Shown in pieces: positions 23,316 through 34,828 of a stretch of 64,000 nucleotides of DNA. A model generated the notes under the pieces. The model did not search any database. It had not been told where the DNA came from and saw only the letters and a program-made list of their open reading frames with translations. This stretch comes from Octopus sinensis (lineage: Eukaryota), in assembly GCF_006345805.1 (NCBI RefSeq), contig NC_042997.1, positions 81,964,001 through 82,028,000 of the forward strand, given 5' to 3'. The position numbers and the translations under genes are program-made. The first letter of the stretch is position 1; every line of letters starts with the position of its first letter.

Positions 23316-26300
23316 CTAGGTGGAGAAAAACTGGGACGAGGTGACGAATAGGGTAGCCAATCTCACCCAGAATCGGCCGAGAGGAAGCTGTTCCTGAAAG
23401 GTCGAGCAGAGGGGGAGCATGCGTACATCACATCGGTCACATACTACCGCTTAACTGTCGGCACTTGCCCCTTACGTTGCCTGAACATGCTGTTCGGCAT
23501 ACACATCCAATTTCTGTGGAGAGATCGCGTTCCGCTGGTAAGGTGTTCCATCTTCTGTCAGCAACCGCTGAGTGGCGGCTTAGGCCTGCCGGGGTTGATG
23601 ATGCACAGACATCTGCTCAGACTGCAAAATCTCCAGCGTCTCCTTGACTATAAGCAGGTGCGGTCGCCGTTTGTTAGACTCGCTCTTCCACAGCTGGTAT
23701 CTTTGCCTCAGCTGCAGTCCTGGATTAGGCTCAGTAAAGGTTGCATAAATATCCGGGGCCCCGGGTCGCCTTGGAAACGAGGTCACCTTTTAAATAACCT
23801 GAGGTCCCTCTGTGTAGATGTAGCAGCCATTAGTGAATCCAGAGCTTCCAACCCGCAGGACCTCATAACACTTTCGGCGGATAAGAGATTCTTCTATCTC
23901 CGTGTCGGCCGGGAGGCGGCGGTGGTGGCCCTGCAGTGCTTTTCCGAAAAGATCTGATTTGTAAATAAAGGCAATATTCCTGGATCCAGAAAGTAAGTTA
24001 GTGGTTCTAGATGTGAGCAACAGTGACAGCGGTACCTTCAGACAGGGGAGGGCGGTCGGATTATTTCAAGTGTCTGGAGGTTTTCCTGGGAACGTTTCGA
24101 GCTTTAGTATTAGTAGGAGATTGGAACGCTGTCTTAGGTAAATGTTTCGATTGCGTGGGGCTGTCTGATATGAGAGTGGGTTGCAACATCCTAACAAACC
24201 TGCTCAGATGTTTTCACCTGTCAGATAGGTACCGACTAGATTATCCGAATGTGCTAATGTGGGTTGGACAACTGCATCGGGCCATGTAGATCGTACATTG
24301 AGTATTCTGTAGGCCAGCGGATAAAGATAGTATAGGTTGTCCACAATTTCACATTGTCCGCTACACAGGCCAAAAATTCGTGATCTGTAATGGTCGATCT
24401 AGATAGGCTTCGTAGACAGGGTCTCAGTTACTGGAAGCTGAACACGTCGTTACCGGCGTGTCAAGCTTGCAGAGACTGCATTAGCGTTTTAGTTAAGAGA
24501 TCGTTGACGGGGGTAATCATCATCAACAACAACTGGTGGTTTGCTGTTAAAAGAGAAATAATAGTAGAATCCATTACGTTTAGTAAGGCATTAGCGGGAG
24601 AAGGTAATAGAATACAGGGAGATTTAGTTAGAAAATCAGATGAAGAACTTAGGAAAGGCGTCGCACTCGACGTGTTTGCGGCAAGATTGGCTCTCGTCCA
24701 ATACTTCGACGCCAAACACGAAGGTTGTTTTGTCAGAGCTAAGGCATGTTCACTAAGCGAGGAAGGAACGAAAGCCGCTCAATGAGCCCGAGTTGCGGAG
24801 GTAAAGCATGGCAACAAAGCCACCATTCGGTATTTAGTGGACCAGAACGGACGCGAGATGTTTGCACTAAAAGAGATATGTGCGGGCGTTCAGCAGCATA
24901 TTTGCTCGACTGTTCGGGACGAGTAGTAGGATGTATAACAGGGCAGACACCGGTGTCTACCTGGACGGTCTGCCGCGTCTCTCGACGAGCGAGTTGAAGT
25001 GTTGCGAAATGCTGATAACAGCCGCGGAAATATGGGAGTCGATGAAGAGCCGTGCGAGAGGCAGATCACCGGGTTTGGATAGTTTGCCTATGGCATACTT
25101 GTTTGCAGGCCTCTTAGTAGACGTCTACCACAACTGGAAACAAAACAGGAGAATTCCCACTTTTGTTTGTTTAGAGGCAGTGGCACTGTTGAGAAAGGAC
25201 CCAAACAAAGGGGACATGGTAGAGAACCTCAGGCCCATCAACCTCCTCAATGCAGAACTTAAAATTTTGACCCAAGAGTTTGCTAAGAGGTTGTCGCATG
25301 TCGTGGACAAGCTGATCTGCGTGGCTGATTAGCAAGGAGCATCCATGCGCCATCCCAACCAGGACTATTCGCGACAACCTCCACCTTATGCGCTACATCA
25401 TAGAGAGGGTGGGTAACGAAGGTTACATGGATGAGGCTCTGATCAATTCAGATCAGTCTAAAGTCTTCGAATGATCACCTGTCAGAACCATTCAGCATCT
25501 TGCTCCCGGTCCGTTAAGGGTGTCCTCTCTCCTCCATTCTGTATGTACTGACACTTGAGCCACTGCTGCGGAAGCTGGAGGCATTGATGTGTGTCCCGCG
25601 TAATGTAGAATGTGGGAGAAGCGTGTCTGCATATGCCGACGACATCACCGATATAGCGATACAGAGCTGATAGGCGCGGCACTAAATGAATATGAAGAAG
25701 CGGTGACAGGATCAAAAATTAACGCGGAAAAGTCAGTGGACTTGCAACTCGGCAGCAGTACAGGAAGACCATGCCGTACAACAGAGTCGTGGCGTGCTGG
25801 ACAGATGGTGCCATTAAATTGCTCGGGATCTGATTCGGTCCGGACTTCCAGGTGGAGGAAAACTGAGACGAGGTGACGAACAGGGTAGCCAATCTCACCC
25901 AAAAATCGGCTTATAGGAAGCTGTCACTGAAAAGTCGAGCTGAGGTAGAAAATGCATACATGGCATCCGACACCTACTACCACTTTACCGTCGTTCTTTT
26001 CCCCAATGTTGGCTGAACAAGCAGGTGCGCTTACACTTCTGATTCCCATGACGAGGACGCCTGCCGCTAGACAGGCGCTCCATCTGCTGTTAACAGCCGC
26101 TGAATAAGGGCCTGGGTATGCCGTGTTTACTGGTGAGCAGACATGCGTTCAGACTGTGACATCTCCAGCGATACTTTGACGGTGAGCAGATGTGGTCGCC
26201 GTTTTTTAGACACGCTCTCCCACAGCTCGTATCTTTGATTGAGCTGCAATTCTGTATCAGGTGTAGACCGAGGAGGGCGCTTGGCACCTCGAGTGCCCTC

Positions 26301-26550
26301 AAGCGCTCACAGCCCTCTGCCAGTCGGGCAATGCGATCGGTGGTAGTTCAACTTTAGCGTTCTATAGAGGGTTAGTGGAGGAAAAGTGCGACGACGTTCT
26401 CGGTGAAAATCTGGGCGTCGATGAAGATCAACTTACCGGTCTGCTCAATTTTCTTGTTATCCACTGTTTACATGTATTAAAACCTGTTGTATCGTCCTGT
26501 TTTGTCCTTTGATGTTGTTTTATGTAAGCCCTTGTGGCTAATAAAGAAAT
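23316..26550 (+). pseudogene. Degenerate Tx1-like ORF2 (APE endonuclease, RT, partial post-RT, 3' tail) preceded by an extra post-RT fragment
   Basis: GCINIRG.GSPWKRGHLL (from 23736), LVLVGDWNAVL, YWKLNTS, SPGLDSLP, LRPINLLNAELKIL, SAYADDIT; tail gcccttgtggctaataaagaaa; many stops. Confidence 0.9.
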
Positions 26551-26584
26551 AGTAATAATTATTTATTAACAACTAAGACCGCTA

Positions 26585-26790
26585 ACTCGCAGAATCGTTA
26601 CAACACTGGGCAAAATGCTTAGTGGGAATTCGCCCGGCGCTATGTTCTGAGATCTAATTCCGCTGAGGTGGATTATGCCGTTCATCATTTCGATATTGAT
26701 AACATAAGTATCAGATTAAAACTGAGGTTGATGCAATCGACTTACCTCTCATCTAAAGTTGCTGGCCTTCTGCCAAAATTTGAAACAATT
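26585..26790 (+). mobile_element. Diverged tRNA-derived SINE
   Basis: gcagaatcgtta...aaatgcttag...gttctgag...gctggcctt..gccaaaatttgaaac, same family as 8499-8716. Confidence 0.7.
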
Positions 26791-27465
26791 ATTATTATTA
26801 TTTCGAAATAATATTTTTGTTTAAATCCAGTCAGACCTAATGCGAGCAAACGTTTAAAAACAGGCGTCCCAGTCTTGTCAGTTCTGTTATTTTGTTTTCG
26901 TGGCCTAGATTACGTTGTGACCAATATGAAATTATTTAAAGATGTTGGGTGTAATACGGTTTATTTTTCTTTATCCAAGGGAAACATTTCCTGTCTTAAA
27001 CTAGAATCATGCCGGTAGTCTTCTTTCCTTTATTTTCATTAGTTTCTTTCATTAGAGAGCGGCCATGCTAGGGCATTGGCTTGAAAGGTTTTAGACGAAC
27101 AAGTCGAGCCCATTACTTTTTAATTCTTTACACCAGGTGCTTATGTTTTTAGTCTGTTATATGTAACCGTCTAGTTAGAGGAACGTAAACAAACCAGCAG
27201 TGACCCACAAAACAGTGGGATGCAAGCAGAAATAGGAAGGCGCACACACATAGATATATACATACATACACATGCCAGCTTTCATTGGCTTTTTTCAATT
27301 TCCCTCTACCGAATCACTCATAAGGCTTTCCCCAGCCCTGGGGTATAGTATAAGCAAGTTATCGAAGATGCCACGCATTAGAACTGAAACCTGACCATAT
27401 GGTTCGAAAACAAAAATTCTTACTTCACAGCTTCGCTTACGCCAATATGATGTGGATTTATTTTA

Positions 27466-28571
27466 TAGATGTTTTCGATCTAGTTTCGATTCTTTGCAAT
27501 CAAATTTGAATTTTTCAGTTGGTGCCTTGAAAAAAAATAGAGTTAAACTACATCAGCCGTAAGGGAATACATGTCTGTCTTATTTAACTCGTTCAGTGGA
27601 GCCCTGCTGTTACTCGAACTTCTATCTAACCCCGAGCTTGGGACAACAAACTTGAGTTGGATAAACTCGAATAGTAAGCTTTATAATGTAGCAATTTACC
27701 ATACGTAGGCATAAAGGAAAAAATGAGCTCATACTAATCCTGATATAACAACCTGCCTGAATGTGTCCATGTGTCGTCTAAGACACGTGCATGCCATGTA
27801 CAATAGACAGTCTAGTTAAAAGACATACCACGGATGATGTAGCATAAACCCACGCTTTCAAGCAATTTTGGGGAGGGGTGAAATTACCCTTATGGTTAAA
27901 AGTTATGATCAACAATTGTTGATTAAAATCAGACCAGGTTTATTAGCTATACTGAGATAAGGGTTTTTAAATTTTCCTAACTGATATTTCTCGCAAAAAA
28001 TGTTGCATGTACAACTTATCTTGAATGAACTGTTCAAACACATGCAAAAAATAGAAAAAGAATCATTCGTTTATGATCTCCCCTTGTTCAGAGCGGTCGA
28101 CTTAACGGAGCATCTTTTGGTAGAAGCTATGAGATGATCCATCGAACTTTTCAGATATCAATTGGTAAAGCTCCGGCTCGTTCTTTGCCTCACCTTGGAT
28201 AACCGAGTGTGGAGCCTAAATGTTCCGCTCATAAACACACACATCGCCCAGGCTGAGATTCGAACCTGCGATCCCTCTTAAAAGAACAAGTCCATTCGCT
28301 TTGAGGAGCTGCAAATTGAACAATATTTTAACAAAAAAGTGACTTCATAAAATGATTATAAAGAGCAAAGAGCTTACTATTCGAGTTTATCCAACTCAAG
28401 TTTATTGAAGTTCGAGCAACAGTGGGCTCTACTGGACGGGTTAGATAAGATAGACATGTATTCCCTTACGGCTGATGTAGTCAAGGCTTGAGCACCAATT
28501 GAAAAATTCAAATTTGATTGCAAAAATTCAAATTTGATGGCAAAGAATCGAAACTAGATAGAAAACACCTA
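27466..28571. mobile_element. Complete MITE/foldback-like element, about 1.1 kb, ~220 bp TIRs, flanked by TA
   Basis: Left TA|TAGATGTTTTCGATCTAGTTTCGATTC versus right GAATCGAAACTAGATAGAAAACACCTA|TA; no transposase ORF. Confidence 0.8.
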
Positions 28572-28800
28572 TATTATTATTATTAGTTTGGCAGCCAGCC
28601 GACAGAATCGATAGCACGCAGAGAAAAGTGCTTGGCGGTATTTCGCATGTTGCTACGTTCTCAGTTCAAATCCTGCAGAGGTCGGCTTTGCCTTTCATCC
28701 TTTCGGACTAGATAAAATAAGTACCAGTTGAACACCAGTGTTGATGTAATCGACTCATCCCCTCCCCCATAATGGCTACTCTTGTGGCAAAATTTGAAAC

Positions 28801-28846
<46 letters not shown>

Positions 28847-29609
28847 AATTTTTTATTATTATTATTATTTATGACGTAACGGAGCATCTTTTGGTAGAAG
28901 CTATGAGATGATCCATCGAACTTTTCAGATATCAATTGGTAAAGCTCCGGCTCGTTCTTTGCCTCGCCTTGGATAACCGAGTGTGGAGCTTAGATGTTCC
29001 GCTTATAAACACACACATCGCCCTGGCTGAGATTCGAACCTGCGATCCCTCTTAAAAGAACAAGTCCATTCGCTTGAACAATATTTTAACAAAAAAGTGA
29101 CTTCATAAAACGATTATAAAGAGCAAAGAGCTTACTAGTCGAGTTTATCCAACTGAAGTTTGTTGTCCCAAGCTCGGGGTTAGATCGAAGTTCGAGCAAC
29201 AGTGGGCTCTACTGGACGAGTTAGATAAGATAGACAAGTATTCCCTTACGGCTGATGTAGTCAAGGCTTGAGCACCAATTGAAAAATTCAAATTTGATGG
29301 CAAAGAATCGAAACTAGATAGAAAACACCTATATTATTATTATTAGTTTGGCAGCCAGCCGACAGAATCGATAGCACGCAGAGAAAAGTGCTTGGAGGTA
29401 TTTCGCATGTTGCTACGTTCTGAGTTCAAATCCCGCAGAGGTCGGCTTTTCCTTTCATCCTTTCGGACTAGATAAAATAAGTACCAGTCGAACACTGGGG
29501 TCGATGTCATCGACTCATCCCCTCCCCCATAATGGCTACTCTTGTGGCAAAGTTTCAAACAAGTATTATTATTATTATTATTATCATTATTATTATTATT
29601 ATTATTTAT
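28099..29609. repeat. Tandem duplication of ~750 bp (MITE right half + SINE + TTA)
   Basis: 28099-28872 repeated as 28873-29609; junction at GACGTAAC. Confidence 0.9.
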
Positions 29610-32600
29610 GACGTAACACAGTATCCAAAAGCGTGAATTTGTTGATAGAATATATTGTGTCTACTGGAGGTTTGTACAGTCGGTCACGTTACAACAAGGA
29701 TCTCAGAGAGTCAGTATCTTACGCAATATGCCTCTATTCCAAGTAATGCCGTGTTTTGCAATATTGCTAGATTGTAGGGTATTTCTAAAGTTTCCAGATA
29801 TTTATTCATATTGTGTGGTATTGAATCCAATATTCCGAGGATAATAGGGACAAACTTTATATTTGACTGTCGTAGCTGCCACAACATGGCGATTTCAATT
29901 CTCACGTCTCCATATTTATCGATCTCTTCTCTTTCTTTCATAATATGTTGATCTTGTGTTGTGCCTCCTCTGTTATTAGGCACTCTTGTATTTCCCTCCT
30001 AAAGGTTACATTGTCCTGCCTTCGGTGCTCTAAGTCAAAGTCCCAGAGGATTTCTACCTTCTGCTTTCGGTTCTTTACCTTTTCTGGAATATGTTGATGG
30101 CAAGCTCCCATTACCTCGTATCCATACTTCCGGCATTGTAGCTAGTGAAGGTTCTGCGCTACGTTGTCATGTCTGCTATCGCACTCTTTCTGCGCAAGAC
30201 GTTCACAAGCTTGTGAAAGCGGGCATGTGCGTGTGTGTATATACGTATATATCTAGGTGGAGAAAAACTGGGACGAGGTGACGAATAGGGTAGCCAATCT
30301 CACCCAGAAATTGACCGAGAGGAAGCTGTTCCTGAAAGGTCGAGCAGAGCGAGAGAATGCCTACATCACATCGGTCACCTACTACCGCTTGACTGTCGAC
30401 CCTTGCTCCTTACGTTGGCTGAACATGCTGGTCGGCATACACATCCAATTTCTGTGGAGGGATCGTATTCCGCTGGTAAGGTGCTCCATCTGCTGTCAGC
30501 AACCGCTGAATGGCGGCTTAGGCATGCCGTGGTTTGGTCGCCGTTTGTTAGACTCGCTCTTCTACAGCTGGTATCTTTGCCTCAGCTGCTGTCCTGGATT
30601 AGGCTCAGTAAAGTTGCATAAATGCCTGGGGCCTCGGGTCGCCTTGGATACGAGGTCACCTTTTAAATAACCTGATGTCCCTCAGTGTAAAAGTAGCAGC
30701 CATTAGTGAAACCAGAGTTTCCAGCCTGCTGGACGTCATAACACTTTCGGTGGATAAGAGATTTTTCTATCTCCGTGTCGCCCGGGAGGGGGAGGTGGTG
30801 GTACTGCAGTGCTTTTCCGAAAAGATCTGAATTTGTAAATAAAGGCAATATTCCTGGATCCAGAATGTAAGTTAGTGGTTCTAGATGTGAGCTGCAGTGA
30901 CGGCAGTACCTTCAGACAGGGGAGGGCGGTCGGATTACTTCAAGTGTCTGGAGGTTTTCCTGGGAACGTCTCGAGCTTTAGTGTTAGTAGGGGATTGAAA
31001 CGCTGTCTTAGATGGATGTTTCGATTGCGTGGGGCTATGTGATAGGAGAGTGGGTTGCAACATCCTAACACACCTGCTCAGATGTTTTCAACTGTCTGAC
31101 AGGTACCAAGTAGATTAACCGCATGTGCTAATGTGGACGTCTTTCGTGTTTGATAGTCGATGGTTGTCATAAGCAAAAATATATTTCTACTTAGAGTACT
31201 GTTGCTGCCACCTTCTAACTTCGAACTCAGTACTTGACTAGTACTTTACTTTATGAACTCTGAAATGATGAATTAGCCACGTTGACGTCAGTAGCGTTTG
31301 AACTCAGGTTGTAAAGAGATACAGCAAGGCAGTTTTTCCAGTTCTCCAACAATCCCGCCAATATACCACTTTCGTGCCATGAACAAATAATAAAAGACAA
31401 AAATTATATTTTAAAAATAATTAGTATAAATTACATCATCGGCAAAACTGGAGAAGACGCGCTCCATTCAAGTAAGAACGAAATAAACAGACAGGTGTTA
31501 GTTGTGATGGTGGCTATAGTGAAGATAATCGGTGATTGAAGAGAAGGATGAAAACGACGATGACATCAAATATGAGATAGGTTGAAATATTTTCTCATAT
31601 TTCAAGCTTTATCTGATACTAGAAACAAATTACATACGAAAACCACTAATTCTTCAAAATATATCTCAATATATTCTACTGTCTGTTACCATCGTTGTAT
31701 GAGAAGCTCAGTATCATACTTGTACCGTTTGGGTGATTTTAGAGGCAAAAAGCTTACAGCAGTGTTTTTCAACCTCATCCATAATGTTGAAACTTCGTCC
31801 ATACAGCTGAGCACTGGTGTCGATGTAATCGATTTACCCTCTCACCTGAAATTGCTGACTTGTATCAAAATTTGAAACCAATCATTATTATGTCGAATTC
31901 ATATTATTTTTTTTAACCCCAGTCAGACCCGAAGCGATCAGACGATGTTTAAACACAGATATCCCAGTCTTGACAATTCTCATTTTTTGTCCTGGCATTC
32001 TTTAGTCTTGACTATGTACAGTGTCCGGTATGAAAAATTAGCTAGAGATATAGTGTAATACGGTTTATGTTTCTTTATCTAATGGAAACATTTCTCGTCA
32101 AAACTAAAAACAAGGCGGTAGCCTTTCTCCTTTCCTGTTTTCTTTCATTAGTTTCTATCATTAGAGAGTGGCCATGGTGGAGCATTTACTTGAAAGGTTT
32201 TAGTCGAACAAGTCGAGCCCATTACATTTTAATCCTTTTAAGACTTACTTATTAAGCAAACCGACACTGGCTGACGAGCAATGGGGTGCATACACCAACA
32301 GGAAGACATGCACGCAGAGAGATATGTACTCACATACACACACACATAAAACCACGGTAGGCTATTTTCAGTTTATACCTACCAATCCACTCGCAAATCT
32401 TTACTCGGAGCTGGACCTCGTTTGCGTCAATTGGGTGGGAATATATTTAAATGATTTTGTTGAGAATAGCACCATTGTTTGCAAGCTTTACAAATAAGTT
32501 GCTGAATCATTGTATTTACGATGTGCATGTACTGAATCTGGTACCTCATTTCTATTAACAGCTTGAGGATCTCTTAAATGTATTATTGACTTTTGGTATG

Positions 32601-34765
32601 AATAGCGTCGTTGTTTGTAAGCGTTACAGATCATTGCATTTACTATGTGCATTGAATAAAGAGGGCAGGACTGGTTTAGCAGGTAGGGCATGAACACCAG
32701 TAATATAATACCATAATAGGTCACCATAAAATCACTATTTTGTATTCTGTATTGAGTTTTCTCTGTAATGCACACATACAACTAGTTCAGCTATTCTCTA
32801 TCCAACGTTGATTTTTTTATTACCGTAAACCATGTACCTAACTACACTAGCCTATGTGTGAGCTAGAGCATTGTTGAAGTGTTCACATAATGTGTGACGA
32901 AAGAACTTTGACAACGCAACTAAAATATTAAAAATAAAGCTGATGTGAAGACCAACTGCATAATCCGTGAGTTTAAATGGCAAAATATAACCATTTAAAA
33001 GTATCACAATATCTGTTTCAAAACACGGTTTCACGTGAAGAATCTTGCAAAACAAATACATAAAAGAAAATACAAGTTTTGCACAAATAGCACGTGCAAA
33101 TACAACCACCTAAGATAACAAAATTCACAAATCATGCCCTGACGAGGTCTCATATGCTATCACACAAACACAACAAAATATAAATTTGTCGATAGGCGAT
33201 TTAAAAAATGCAAAATGCATGTTTTGAAGAAATGGAAAAAGGATACAGTAGACACTGAGAAAAGCAATAGCATATAAAACTAAATGAGTTGAAAGATGTA
33301 GATTAGAACGAGAGACACAAGAGGGAAGGGTTATGGTACGGTAGGGGTAAGATCCACAGAGGAAGAGGAGAAAACGAAACACTCCTCTTTGACGGTACCC
33401 ATAGCAGTGCTTGGATTTATGAATGCTAATGGATAGAACAAATTTACCAGATTGCTCCAAAATTCCATGTGGCTGTGGAGGGATGAAATCCGATGTTTCA
33501 CCTGTGTGGAGACACAAATCATCTCAAGGCTTTTTTTCCGCACAACAAAAGAGAGAATAGAGAGTCTCGCCTTTGCCGACACGACCATCATTCCCAGCGA
33601 TACCATCACCACCACCATTATCAAAGACACAACCCTCACGAGCACAACATAATTCACACACACACAACTCTCAGATCGCAAATGTCAAACATCATTAACT
33701 ACACAGCAATAAGCAAGAACAATAAAGACCTGAAGGAACGCATATATAACCATACAGATAACGCAGCCCAGATTTATCACATCAACAAACAACGTAACAA
33801 CGCACATAACAGTTATCCTTAGGATAGTCCGTATAAATGCACATGATTTGGGGTCGCCTAGGAAACATAGTCATCTCACAGCAACTTCAGATCACGAAGT
33901 GTAGATGTAGTGGCTCTCAGTGAAGCTAGACTCTGACTGACAATCGTTCATGTCGATTTTCGGTGATTTACGCTCAGACAGGAGCAGGACAACAAGCCTT
34001 TTTCATGCGTCTGGAGGTTTTCCTAGGAATTCCTGTTTTAGTGGGGGATTTAAACGCCGTCGTAGAGCCATAGTTCGACTGTGTGGGGCTGACGGATAGT
34101 AAAGTGGGAGGTAAAAGCCTCACAAACCTGCTGAGCAATGGGGTCGATGAAATCAACCTACCTCATTTCTCTCAATTGCTGGCCTTGTGCGAAAATTTGA
34201 AAGCATTATTATTGTTATTATTAGCTGCTGTTGCGAGTAGGACGGATACGGCTATCAAGCTGAATCGATAGTGAAGATTGCCCCGCCAACTCCCTTTAAC
34301 CGGGAGGGGCAGGCAATTTTTTATTTATCTGGTGGTTGTAGAGAAAGAGGTAGTGTGGTGGACACGTTTGAAAGGGCTAAAGACAGACACTTTCGTCTTT
34401 GGCCGAACCCTCATCAACTTCAAGTCTCACCTGAGAAGGAAAGTGAGAGTGGAAGGGAAATGTTGTCTTCTATCAAATTTGTTGAAATGTAGGTGGATGT
34501 GAGATAAATGGCCAGTGTGAATGGACCAGTTCTGAGAATACACCTGTAAAGAATAAAAGAAGGGCTCTTGCCCAGTTGATCAGGAACCCGTGGCTTTTGT
34601 TGCTTTTCCCACGAGTAACCATTAAAGAGCCTACCACTATTGGGAGTTTTACTTGTTACTTCTGGATTGTTATTTAATGTTTACATGAATGTGAAAATCC
34701 TTTCTAACGTCTTGTGCTGTCTTTTATGTATAATTTATATTAGCCCTTGTAGCCCATAAAAGAAT
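29610..34765. repeat. Compound unit alpha, copy 2 (E fragment, Tx1 pieces, spacer blocks S/T, block U)
   Basis: Colinear with 8750-17545 minus the mariner and the Tx1 insert; also colinear with 57290-60895. Confidence 0.92.
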
Positions 34766-34828
34766 AAATTATTATTCTTATTATTATTATTATTATTATT
34801 ATTATAATTATTATTATTATTATTATTA

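Noticed and set aside
33135-33185. CTGACGAG as another hammerhead core (also near 15505 and 59270)
   Set aside because: No stem II closing onto GAAA and no stem I partner
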